The notes beneath the pieces were generated by a model. The model worked only from the letters and a program-made list of their open reading frames with translations. It ran no database searches and was not told where the DNA came from. Below, piece after piece: positions 10,901 to 23,036 of a stretch of DNA of 64,000 nt. Both the position numbers and the translations under genes were made by a program. Each line of letters begins with the position of its first letter. Positions within the stretch are counted from its first letter, which is position 1. Origin of the DNA: Laetmonice hystrix (taxonomy: Eukaryota); assembly GCA_965235115.1 (NCBI GenBank), contig OZ249447.1, forward strand, positions 7,750,001 through 7,814,000, read 5' to 3'.

Positions 10901-13063
10901 GAGTACAGACCCCGGCACCAGGTGCCGTCTGAAGACTGCCATGGACGGGAGGAACAATTACTCACTGAGTACAGACCCCGGCACCAGTCTCCGTCTGAAG
11001 ACTGCCATGGACGGGAGGAACAATTACTCACTGAGTACAGACCCCGGCACCAGGCGCCGTCTGAAGACTGCCATGGACGGGAGGAACAATTACTCACTGA
11101 GTACAGACCCCGGCACCAGGCGCCGTCTGAAGACTGCCATGGACGGGAGGAACAATTACTCACTGAGTACGGACCCCGGCACCAGGCGCCGTCTGAAGAC
11201 TGCCATGGACGGGAGGAACAATTTCTCACTGAGTACAGACCCCGGCACCAGTCTCCGTCTGAAGACTGCCATGGACGGGAGGAACAATTACTCACTGAGT
11301 ACAGACCCGGCACCAGTCTCCGTCTGAAGACTGCCATGGACGGGAGGAACAATTACTCACTGAGTACAGACCCCGGCACCAGGCGCCGTCTGAAGACTGC
11401 CATGGACGGGAGGAACAATTACTCACTGAGTACAGACCCCGGCACCAGGCGCCGTCTGAAGACTGCCATGGACGGGAGGAACAATTACTCACTGAGTACA
11501 GACCCCGGCACCAGGCGCCGTCTGAAGACTGCCATGGACGGGAGGAACAATTACTCACTGAGTACGGACCCCGGCACCAGGCGCCGTCTGAAGACTGCCA
11601 TGGACGGGAGGAACAATTTCTCACTGAGTACAGACCCCGGCACCAGTCTCCGTCTGAAGACTGCCATGGACGGGAGGAACAATTACTCACTGAGTACAGA
11701 CCCGGCACCAGTCTCCGTCTGAAGACTGCCATGGACGGGAGGAACAATTACTCACTGAGTACAGACCCCGGCACCAGGCGCCGTCTGAAGACTGCCATGG
11801 ACGGGAGGAACAATTACTCACTGAGTACAGACCCCGGCACCAGGCGCCGTCTGAAGACTGCCATGGACGGGAGGAACAATTACTCACTGAGTAACACCAA
11901 GAGTTTCTTCCATCAGCCTCTCATTAACTCACAATAAAATACACTTTCGAAATCTTAAATCTTAAAAAAAGGCAGGGGCCACAGACCCGTCTCTAAGTTG
12001 GGGTGTGGCTAGGACAGATACCTACCCGGATTTCTACAAGAAATCTACCGGTTTCCCGTTCCTACAAGATAACAATAATAATGGTAGACTTTGCTTACAC
12101 ATTGGCAGACCTTCATAATTGTCTGTTTTGTCGTTTTGATGAATGATTGCTGTTTGACATCCATCACATCGGTTCCGGGAATGCTGAGGAAGGCTTACTA
12201 TTCGAACTTGTGTTGTATTCACGGGCAACGTTTGGCAAATCGACCAACATTTTACCTTCAAACATTTCAAGTTTAATTTAAAATATAAGGTAGGATAAAT
12301 ATTAATATTAATAATAATAATAATAATAATAATATCTTCCAAACACACAGATTCATGTATGAAGTACAAGTGAGTACCGCTCCAATTAAAAGGTTAGAAA
12401 TTTTCATTTATAATTTAAAAGGAATTAAAATATTTCAGTTTACCTTATGATTAAAGCATTTTTACCGTATTGTTAGTGTCCCTATTCCGAATTGAATCAA
12501 GTCCTAAGTCGACCAGGAAACATTTCTTCCACGCAGGTACTTTTGATAAATAAGGAACCAGCCGATCCATCATAATTTGAAATGAGTGTAAATCGCTACT
12601 GGACACTGAAATCAGAGTTTCATGTTGAGGTAGATAAATGGTTTTGTCATGACATCCACATGTACTGGTCAATTGGTATCCACTTCGTATAAAAGATGGC
12701 CTTATGGTGTTTGTTTACCTCCTTCAATCATCCTCAACACGTATGAAGGTCAGAATAAATCGAGAAACAGTCAAGAAGACATGTTTTACTACCTTCCTCT
12801 GGTTAATTTAATTTAATTCTGGTTGATTAATCCCCAAATATTTATTTTAATATACTAACGGCGACCTTGGTATTGCCATGTTATGTTTAAGCCAGGGTGC
12901 CATCTTAATTCACGACAGAGAGATGGTTGAAAGTAAAACGTGTCGTTGAACACTGGAGAAAGTTGGAGGTCTATAAATGCTTTGGTTGGACCACTTCTGT
13001 TTGTTCCAGGCCGCGTATAGTATCTCCCAGGCCATGCATAGTCTGTCCCAGGCCATGTACAGT
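6831..13063 (-). CDS. Interleukin-17 receptor-like gene (FnIII-like ectodomains, TM helix, SEFIR), multi-exon
   Basis: Phase-consistent exons: 12860-13063 (..HPGLNITWQYQGR), 12466-12605 (..WKKCFLVDL..), 12099-12255 (..TTQVRIVSLP..), 10514-10737 (NPLHWTTLVVV..VHVSFDLAPP..NYEVVL), 10325-10390 (DENDVLGEVTFGNLTYGRYYIR), 8737-8896 (LYVHNCKDCGGKC..), 8175-8330 (TM helix), 6831-7900 (SEFIR plus tail). The architecture is typical of the IL17R family. The 13063 and 10737 acceptors are less certain than the rest. Confidence 0.85.
8175..8330 (-). CDS. IL17R-like transmembrane exon
   Basis: Encodes GLVSAAVMGVVMALILVVCIGLIYVRK, a hydrophobic helix followed by a basic stop-transfer. Phase 1-1, bounded by cag| and |gtaatt, and in frame with the SEFIR exon. 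Confidence 0.88.
8921..9988. repeat. Intronic minisatellite, 38-bp unit, about 28 copies (IL17R intron)
   Basis: Unit tatactgggagtgagtgcagaggtggtcattgaatcac with few variants. Confidence 0.95.
10704..11892. repeat. Tandem array, 66-bp unit, about 18 copies, straddling the acceptor of IL17R exon 10514-10737
   Basis: Unit gtctgaagactgccatggacgggaggaacaattactcactgagtacagaccccggcaccaggcgcc. One copy near 11308 has a 1-bp deletion. Confidence 0.95.
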
Positions 13064-13377
13064 CTGCTCAAGTGACCACAAAAGGAAACAGGGAAACCAT
13101 ATTATATCATGAATTCACGTAAAATATATTTACAAGACAACACCTAGGATTTAGGCCTCCTTTATCAATCCCTTTATTTCACTGTTTTCAAGTAATAATG
13201 TAATCGTAATGTGATAATTAAAAAGATTACACCCGGAAAAAGGCCATTAAGTTTACTCACCGACTTGACGAGAGCTAAGGTGTAGTGGTATCTGTAATTT
13301 TACGGACCTGTATTATACTGACATTTCGAAACAGTTTTCTCGTCGGTATTGCATGTATGGAAAAGGTGCAATAACAG

Positions 13378-13910
13378 TATGGAATACCATTATATTTCTC
13401 ATTGTAAATCCCAAGTGGAATACGGGTATGGAATATCATTATATTTCTCATTGTAAATCCCAAGTGGAATACGGGTATGGAATATCATTATATTTCTCAT
13501 TGTAAATCCCAAGTGGAATAACTGTATGGAATATCATTATATTTCCCATTGTAAATCCAAAGTGGAATAACGGTATGGAATATCATTATATTTCTCATTG
13601 TAAATCCCAAGTGGAATAACTGTATGGAATATCATTATATTTCTCATTGTAAATCCCAAGTGGAATAACAGTATGGAATATCATTATATTTCTCATTGAA
13701 AATCCCAAGTGGAATAACTGTAATATGGAATAACATTATATTTCTCATTGTAAATCACAAGTGGAATAACGGTATGGAATATCATTATATTTCTCATTGT
13801 AAATCCCAAGTGGAATAACTGTATGGAATATCATTATATTTCTCATTGTAAATCCCAAGTGGAATAACGGTATGGAATATCATTATATTTCTCATTGTAA
13901 ATCACAAGTG
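13378..13910. repeat. AT-rich minisatellite, 49-bp unit, about 11 copies
   Basis: Unit tatggaatatcattatatttctcattgtaaatcccaagtggaataacgg. Confidence 0.93.
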
Positions 13911-14281
13911 AAGTTCATCAGTCTAAAATAATCTTAAATTAAACTGAATGTTGAGGTAGTTGGTTACATGCAATGTAAGAGTATCATTATACGATTAATT
14001 ATAAGAGAAATGAGCTCTATATACTTACATTGTTAACAAGGCACTCTGTTTGACACTTGCCGAGCGGATCACCCGTATGAATATGTGGCAGTGTTTTAAC
14101 CAAACTGATGAGCGCAATGATAAATGATATTATTATCCGGGAAGAAAGGCGAGCCAGCGACATATTGAAGTCTATAAGATAAAAGCAAGATGTGTTCTCT
14201 TTATTTTAATGAAATCAGTCTCGGGACTGAGGCAAAATGGTCCTAAGTACGAGTTGGTCTCTCGACCGGGATGGTCGTTAA

Positions 14282-14574
14282 AGTTACACCAAAAATTCCT
14301 CAGATACTTAACTTTGAACCCCAGGGACACCATGTTAGAATTTCAAGGTTGAGCGATAACCGAATATTTATATAGAAAATATTTCTCCGTTGGCTTCCAC
14401 GCCGATTCCGCTGCCATACTGTGTGATCTATACTGGCTTGAGAAAATAGCGCACGGGCGGTAGGGTAACTCGGAAACCTAACGTAACTCATGATTCCTAC
14501 CGCTCGAACCTGAGATTTTAACATGGTGTCCCTTGGATTGAACGGTAAGTATTTGAGGAATCTGTGGTGCCCCT
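14282..14574. mobile_element. MITE with about 75-bp imperfect TIRs and TTAA flanks (Kolobok-like)
   Basis: TTAA at 14278-14281 and 14575-14578. The left arm agttacaccaaaaattcctcagatacttaac..gggacaccatgttagaa is an inverted copy of the right arm ttaacatggtgtccctt..gtatttgaggaatctgtggtgcccct. Termini are AG..CT. Confidence 0.75.
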
Positions 14575-14625
14575 TTAAGCGGGACTGAAAAATGTCGACA
14601 AGCTGGATGTTTCCGACACGTGTCT

Positions 14626-15285
14626 TCTGAAACACCTTCTGGAACACATGAAAGCTGTGGCTGAAACACTTTCTGGAACACATGGAAACTGTGGCTGAAA
14701 CACCTTCTGGAACACATGAAAGCTGTGGCTGAAACACCTTCTGGAACACATGAAAGCTGTGGCTGAAACACCTTCTGGAACACATGAAAGCTGTGGCTGA
14801 AACACCTTCTGGAACACATGGAAACTGTGGCTGAAACACCTTCTGGAACACATGGAAACTGTGGCTGAAACACCTTCTGGAACACATGACAGCTGTGGCT
14901 AAAACACCTTCTGGAACACATGAAAGCCGCAGTGGCTGAAACACCTTCTGGAACACATGGAAACTGTGGCTGAAACACCTTCTGGAACACATGACAGCTG
15001 TGGCTGAAACACCTTCTGGAACACATGACAGCTGTGGCTAAAACACCTTCTGGAACACATGAAAGCCGCAGTGGCTGAAACACCTTCTGGAACACATGGA
15101 AACTGTGGCTGAAACACCTTCTGGAACACATGACAGCTGTGGCTGAAACACCTTCTGGAACACATGACAGCTGTGGCTAAAACACCTTCTGGAACACATG
15201 AAAGCCGCAGTGGCTGAAACACCTTCTGGAACACATGAAAACTGTGGCTGAAAGACCTTCCGGAACACATGACAGCTGTGGACAA
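14626..15285. repeat. Minisatellite, about 33-36-bp unit, about 19 copies
   Basis: Unit ctgtggctgaaacaccttctggaacacatgaaag and variants. Confidence 0.93.
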
Positions 15286-15458
15286 AAAGATTGCTGTACT
15301 CGATGTCTCTAGGCCTACGTGGTAATGCGTACGCACTCGACGAGATAAGACCCGCTATTTTCCACTACGTGTTATTCTTTCTCCTAGTTCGTCTTCAGCC
15401 CCCCCCCCCTTCGTCTTGTAGTGCCTAATCTTTCTCTACTTTTCTTTCTGTGAAATAC

Positions 15459-15516
15459 CAAGAATGTAAGAACCTATGGCAGCAGCGAAGCCTGAAATGA
15501 AACCTCTGCAGCCCAT
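15459..15516 (-). CDS. Candidate first coding exon (signal peptide) of the IL17R-like gene
   Basis: ATG at 15516 gives MGCRGFISGFAAAIGSYIL, then G|gtattt (phase 1), which is compatible with the phase-1 exon at 13063. It is short and hydrophobic, but there is no independent support. Confidence 0.4.
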
Positions 15517-17424
15517 CAACTTGAAGTGGCCAACAAGACCCGTCGTTAATAAATGGCACGTTAAGTGGGGTGTGTGGGTTGACTCGAGTATAGTGATAAA
15601 CACTCTTCACGACTCATACTGACCACAGTTGAACACGTTATTCCTGTATATATCTGCCAAACCTATAGAAAAGATCCCTCGCTCTATATAGCCTACAACC
15701 GTGCAATTTGTTCAGATTTAATATCTCTACTTCTTTATGCGGTCATTTCCGCGGTGTTGTAAGGTGAAAACAAAAATACATAGTCAGAGAACTACAAGCC
15801 AGACCGTTATAAAACCTATTTTCTAAACACAAAAACGGAAACCTGGAGTAAAGAGCTGAGCACAACCGAGCGACTTAACATTGAGGAAAAAGGCAGCAGT
15901 CCTATAGTTAGATCTTACCGTTTCCTTTGAAACATTACATTGTACGCCATTCTTTACAATTCTTCGTTCGAGTTACGTATAGGCCTACCTTGAGGTTGAT
16001 CACAGTGCCTGCTATAGATAGTTGATATCACAACAGATCATCCATTCTCCGTCAGATCTGTGCTATTCGATTCCCGCTGGGTGCACTATCCTACACGTTC
16101 CCAGTTCGCAGTTAGACCAAGATCTAGGCCTCTCCTGACTTGACTTTCCACAGTGCGCCAAATGCTGGTCTGACAAGGAGGAGGCGGGGCCTGAGCGCGG
16201 TCGTAGTGTTTGCCTGAACCCTGTTTGAGGGTGCGGCCTCGTGATGGATACTGCCGTGCTGATACAAAGCCCTCACCCGCAAAGATTGCAGAGACTTGCA
16301 TGAAATTTATGAACTATAATTGTGGCTAAATTGAAGAATAAAGTGTGTTTGAAAGCGAGTCTCCCAAACAAAGTTGGGCAGAGTGGGGTACCAAAGGCTG
16401 CGTATCAGACTGGCTTGCCATCTATGCCGCTATAGTGGTCTAAAAACGGCTACCTAGGAGACCCCATATAGGTCGGCTTAAAGGTATAGGCCCTTTGTAT
16501 GATTTACGATATGATTAGGCCTATAATGAAGACCTAATCATACATTGTTTTAGCATAGCAACCAATTTTAAATATAACTTTGGAAGTAAACATTGCGTGA
16601 CATAGCGTGCTGAGGACGACATAAATCAATCAATATAGTAATAACATGTCCATGGTTTCCATATGATATTCGGGCACACCGGTCTGTGTGTGACTAAAGG
16701 CCAGGTTATTTTGTTCTGATAATTTCTCACAGCTAGCTAGAAACCCTCAATTGGAAAGGGTTTATTAAATATTGTCCATTGGGAAAAAACGACATTTATA
16801 CTCGTTGTACGCCGACATTCTCAATGAGATGATAAGGAATGTCATCACGCCTAAGTGTCCACGACAGGGCAGATATCAGTTTGAGATATAACCGGGTATA
16901 GATTTTGATACAGAAATATATTGGGAACGATGTCTAAAGTGGCAGACGGTATAAGTAGGCCTACAAGTGTACACGGAAGGCAATATGTACGGTATTCCTA
17001 GCTCTCCTAACACAAGTATTAACACTGTCAGTCATTGTAAACATCGATATCTCCGATTTCAGGGATTTCCCCGAAGTTATCTACGCCTTCCGCCGGCTTA
17101 TTGCAAATAATTAATAGCTTAGAGCAAAATTGACCCTTTTAACTTTATAGACCCTTCAATTAGGAACATGTCTTCTAAATTTTGAATTTCTTGAAATTTG
17201 TTCGGCGTAGCATATACACTAGATGGCCTACACTTTATGGGGCCTAAATTCGACCAGAAATCCACACTTGTCTCGGTGTCAAACCAAACAAAGAACCCTT
17301 AAAATAAATTGTAAAAACTATCAAAATAACATTTTCCCGCCTATTACGAACAGTGTAGAATTATTTAAACGGCACTTTTCATGCTTTCTCCTTCAATTTC
17401 TGGCTTGAAAATATGCGACCTCTC

Positions 17425-18125
17425 AATGCGCCCCCTATCGTGGAGTTGCCACCTAGCGGCACACTCACACACAGCTGGCACGCACAAGCAATGAACTGTC
17501 AGGAGGCGAATTGAAGGAAGGATAGATATAGTAGAATCATATCACAACGGGAATTGAGAGAGGAAAGTAGGGGATGGATTAAGGAAGAAAGGGTCGGAGT
17601 GTTGCTCTCCATAATGCTTGCCAGACTCTACGGCCATCATGGAACTGCCCACATCGAGGCTGACGATACTTGTATTTTACAACATGCATTCGGCTATTGG
17701 TTGGTGACAGCAGATCTCCTTACTTCAGATTTGGAATTAACTTTTTCTAGATGAATAAACTTAAATACAAAGATATGAGATCAACATACGACCTCTCATG
17801 GCGCCATCTATCGTGGAATTGCCACCTAGCGGCACAGAGCTGACACACGGCTGCATGGCTGTCGATGGACTGACGGGAGGCCATTTGTACGAAGGATACA
17901 CACAGATAAAACGAATAACCTTACTATTAAAATCATGTAACAACAGAAATTGAGAGAGGGAGCTAGGGAATGGAAGAAGGAAGAAAAGAAAGGGTCGGAT
18001 TGTTGCGCTCCATAGTGCCTGCCGGACTATATATGGCCGTGATGGAACTGCCGACATCTAGGCTGACGATAGCGCCTACCTGTATCTTATAACATAGCAG
18101 TGCATAGGCCTTTTGGTTGAAGAGA
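17425..18125. repeat. Diverged tandem duplication of about 370 bp, each copy with a CTCF-like motif
   Basis: 17425-17720 resembles 17798-18125 (ctatcgtgga.ttgccacctagcggcaca..gaaagggtcgga..gatggaactgcc.acatc.aggctgacgata). GCCACCTAGCGG occurs at 17448 and 17821. Confidence 0.8.
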
Positions 18126-18194
18126 CCAGAGATATTCAAATATGTGTTCATAGCAAACGAGACATAGTTCATGGACAAGGTTACGATTCTCGCA

Positions 18195-19400
18195 GGCCTA
18201 CCATCAGGCCATTACTCAACCTTCGATCTACCAACGCCAGTCTCTATACGACCAATTACCCATGACCATCTCTTACCTTGTAGGCCTACCATCAGGCCAT
18301 TACTCAACCTTCGATCTACCAACGCCAGTCTCTATATGACCAATTACCCATGACCATCTCTTACCTTGTAGGCCTACCATCAGGCCATTACTCAACCTTC
18401 GATCTACCAACGCCAGTCTCTATACGACCAATTACCCATGACCATCTCTTACCTTGTAGGCCTACCATCAGGCCATTACTCAACCTTCGATCTACCAACG
18501 CCAGTCTCTATATGACCAATTACCCATGACCATCTCTTACCTTGTAGGCCTACCATCAGGTCATTACTCAACCTTCGATCTACCAACGCCAGTCTCTATA
18601 CGACCAATTACCCATGACCATCTCTTACCTTGTAGGCCTACCATCAGGCCATTACTCAACCTTCGATCTACCAACGCCAGTCTCTATACGACCAATTACC
18701 CATGACCATCTCTTACCTTGTAGGCCTACCATCAGGCCATTACTCAACCTTCGATCTACCAACGCCAGTCTCTATACGACCAATTACCCATGACCATCTC
18801 TTACCTTGTAGGCCTACCATCAGGTCATTACTCAACCTTCGATCTACCAACGCCAGTCTCTATACGACCAATTACCCATGACCATCTCTTACCTTGTAGG
18901 CCTACCATCAGGTCATTACTCAACCTTCGATCTACCAACGCCAGTCTCTATACGACCAATTACCCATGACCATCTCTTACCTTGTAGGCCTACCATCAGG
19001 TCATTACTCAACCTTCGATCTACCAACGCCAGTCTCTATATGACCAATTACCCATGACCATCTCTTACCTTGTAGGCCTACCATCAGGTCATTACTCAAC
19101 CTTCGATCTACCAACGCCAGTCTCTATATGACCAATTACCCATGACCATCTCTTACCTTGTAGGCCTACCATCAGGTCATTACTCAACCTTCGATCTACC
19201 AACGCCAGTCTCTATACGACCAATTACCCATGACCATCTCTTACCTTGTAGGCCTACCATCAGGTCATTACTCAACCTTCGATCTACCAACGCCAGTCTC
19301 TATATGACCAATTACCCATGACCATCTCTTACCTTGTAGGCCTACCATCAGGTCATTACTCAACCTTCGATCTACCAACACCAGTCTCTATATGATCAAT
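18195..19400. repeat. Minisatellite, 88-bp unit, about 13.5 copies
   Basis: taggcctaccatcagg recurs at 18281, 18369, 18457 and onward; the array is highly homogeneous. Confidence 0.95.
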
Positions 19401-22400
19401 TATTGTCCACATCTGCCAGAATCCTTGGTATTTTAAACGATATATAATTATACGACTTTGGACATTATTTTTCAAGAATAGTACGACCATTAACCACACT
19501 GTCTTGGCTTGTTAAAGTGTAAAACTTGAAAGTTTTAAATTCTCTCATCAGAAAGTCATTTGCCGATAGGTGGAGCCACCAGTAAGTGCGGTACCACAGA
19601 TGACGGCACTCATTGTCGTTGGACGAGGGTTCCCGATAAAAAAAAAATCGAATATTTCAAGTGATTGCCGAAACCTGATTCAGCCTTTTCTTCCAGCGTA
19701 TGCTGTACAGCAAGAATTGAAAGTTGCTAACACAGCGTCGTATTGTTACAATAGTATAGTGTCCGTGTGGCATAAACAAGCACTATTAATATGATACGGC
19801 TGTCAATTTAAGCACAATAAATATTGAAAGTAAATGTATCACTTCCATCTGGTTATCGTTTACACTTTATTTCTAGACATTTTGAAAGAGAAGAAATCCG
19901 AACCGACTTATATTATTGGAATCCATGTAGAGAATGGGTACGATGAAAGTGATACTTCAATATACGTGGAAGAAGCAATATCTGAGCGAGATCAGATTCC
20001 GGCATGAACTTGACGATCGGGAAAGACGAGAACAAACTGGGAACTAGATATCGACCGCAATAATCTCCTGCAAACAGGTTTATACTGGACGAGGCGGACA
20101 AACTTTGGAAGATTCGAATACATTCTATACCACGTCTGCTCGGTATTCGTGAAAATTATCTTAAAGAATATCGAGTTGGTAGGCCTACAATCTGACAACA
20201 TGTTCACACGGTCAATGAACTTTTTTGTCGACAATTTTAATTTAAATTGTACAGGTTCTCAAGGAGGAACATAACGACAACATAACATACATTCCACGAC
20301 CTATAGCCATAAAAATCTATGGATGACACAATAATAGCAAATACCCGATGAAGGCCATGGATGATGTAGGTAAGCTACGCGACTCATATTCCATGCCACT
20401 TTCTTTGCCATTCGGGACTCCCTCGGGCATATGACGTCACTTCCTGCTATTCGAATATACCCTCGGGTGGAATAGCGGCCATGTTTGGCAACCAGATACA
20501 CCGCCAAATGGAGGTGTGTAGCGAGGCACTGAGTGAACCGTCATATTCCATCGAGCCAGGAAGTAGTGCATTATTGACACCCGCTCCTTCGGCGTTGTAT
20601 GTGCAAATATAAATTTTTGGTATGAAGGGGAACGTTTGAAGAAGAAAAATGAATCACCCAATTTACCTAAATGGGCGTCAATACGGTAATTTATTAAATT
20701 CTGGGAAGCAATATGGCCGCGCCCATGTACGACACGCGTACGACACTGGCCCGACACATGGTAGGACTACTTGTAATCATGTTGTAATTTAAGTTGTATC
20801 ATGACATGATACTATTGTAATATTGCCCACTGACTTCGGGGAAAGCATTGTAGGCCTATTTTAGTTGCTTCCATGCCTGATGCAGACAAAATACTGCAAG
20901 CACTGCCATGCTGTCGAGAGTCCCGGCTAAATGTACCCGAGATGCAATGCTCAAAATGGCACCTGTTTCACCCGAGGCTACTTTCGAAGATATGGCCGAG
21001 GATTCCCGAATGTTTCTTTGCATGCTGACGTTCGCCATTTGAAGATTGCACAACGCATTTAGATCTATTATATTGCATGGCATTTAAAAGAAATGGCATG
21101 ACCGTGGTGGCGATATGGATACATTACAGTAGTCAACAGTTCTGCTCTCAAACGTAAAGGTTGTTGTTTTTGTTCCTCGGGAGAGAAGTGAGAGGAAATT
21201 CTGCCATCTTTTGTTAGAATTGTTATTGAATTGAAAGGTTTGAAGAAAAAACACGTTCTGCAAGCCCACATCCCTTCACACACATTCAATATGGCTTAGC
21301 ACTCATGTTAACAGTTATTTTATTATTTTACCTTGTGATAACTGCATAGATTTTACAGAACTAGTCCCCCACAGAGCCTTGCTATACCCGTGCCCGTCAT
21401 CTTGGCTGTTCAGCTGCCTTTGATGACCAGGTTATTACAAAACATTCACGACCATTCCACAGGCCGGGGTGCCATTAAAGGCATTCAGAGGATACACGTG
21501 TGGCTGAGGTCGTAGGTTATCTAAATATCTTTCTAAGTCGCATCAGATCCAGATCTTGAGCCAACAAGGCGGCTGTGCGGGGCTAAGGGGGCGGGTCGGT
21601 GGGTGGGACGTAATGGCCACGCGAGCGGTGCGTAAATTGCCACCAGAGTGCGCCACGAGAGAAAGGTGGTGGAGGCTGGTAATGGCTTCAGACTGACCCC
21701 TAGCGGCCAGCGGGCACACGACCGACCCTTGGAGTGGTTCACGGTCGTGGCACGTCACTGGTTCCTGGTGAATAGCAACCAGTACCAAAGGAGCGATAAT
21801 TCAGGTTAACTCCTGAGGCGGACTATAATACACCAGCGGTGATTTATTTCATATTGCCCGGGTTACAAACTACAGTAAAGGGCTGACCTCGCTGAGCCCA
21901 TTAATAGCTGTGATAGTGGCATTAAAGACGGACTAGTCATGAAAGGAGAATGCCAGGTACTGAAAGAACCTTTGGGTCACGCTGATTTCAGGTTTAATGA
22001 CCCTGGGGTTAATAAAGAACCCCTCTTATGACTGCTGTAAATCTTCAGATTCCTCTCACATTTTGTAACTTCCTCGACCTTTTCATTTCGCTACATCCCG
22101 TGAAATGTTTGCCACAGCAGTACTCATTGCCACAACGCTTCCCTACTTCAACCTTGTAGACGTTTTTACATGGCCATCCGACACAGACATATCAGTGGAC
22201 ACGAGGCCGCAGTATGTGAATCCTTTGATTCTCTTCTATTATTAACCAATCTCATACACATGCAGTCGAAGAATTTGTTATATTCGCCATTACCGGTGTC
22301 GTGGTTAACAAGAATTTGGCTTATTACGTTGTCAGAACGCCAAGGCCACGTGTGGACCTACGGTATAGGGAGCGTAAGTATGTCACGTCACAATGCGTGA

Positions 22401-22810
22401 ATCGACGAGAAATGCGGTTTGGAGGTCTAAACTGGCGCCAGCCAAATTCCGGTTCCGTTCATTTAGCATTGGGAGGCCCATTGAAAAAACGTTCTAACTG
22501 ATAACTCCACAATTACTGTTCTCTTTGTTATCAAACTGACTATACATCAGAACCAACATCTCTTATGTTAGAAAAAATACATTTTATACTTAAGAAATAT
22601 TTAATTGTCAAAAGAAAGGCCGATGTTTGGAGAGGTGTACGCTCGCCTATGTTAAACCAGTGGGGAATTGTGACGTAACGGAAGTTGCATGTCGCCAGCG
22701 GTCTGACCTAGTTAAACCGAACCTCGTTTTCGGTCGCGAGACTTACGCTCCCTATAGCTATACATACACGTATCCACTTCGTAACCCGCATAGCTATCAG
22801 ACGCAGACCT

Positions 22811-23036
22811 CAGGCGCGGAAGTAGGATTTTTTAAAGGGGTGGGGAGGAGCCTTGGACAGGCTAGGGGGCACTCCTGGAAAATAATGAAGTTTAACTTGC
22901 AATTTGGCGAGATTTGGTGCATTTTGGAGCACAGAATGAGGTATTAAATGATATGTTAAAAGTGAACAGGGGGAAATAGGCTCTAAGGGGGGTGGCTAGC
23001 CACCCAATTCACCCCCTCCCCCCGCATTCGCCCCTG
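22811..23036. mobile_element. Short non-autonomous element with CAGG(C/G)GCG..CGCCCCTG termini
   Basis: Left end caggcgcgga, right end ttcgcccctg, G-rich/C-rich subterminal tracts, and gacct directly repeated on both flanks. Confidence 0.55.

Noticed and set aside
10704-11892. CRISPR-like interpretation of this and the other regular arrays
   Set aside because: The units are contiguous and near-identical with no unique spacers, the context is eukaryotic, and there are no cas genes.
14300-15336. ORFs on the minus strand within the IL17R 5' region
   Set aside because: They are made of a 34-bp minisatellite plus a MITE, and are not exons of the receptor.
20077-20178. FILDEADKL, resembling DEAD-box motif II, in a possible plus-strand exon
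   Set aside because: The downstream residues do not continue a helicase fold and no other helicase motifs are nearby; probably chance.
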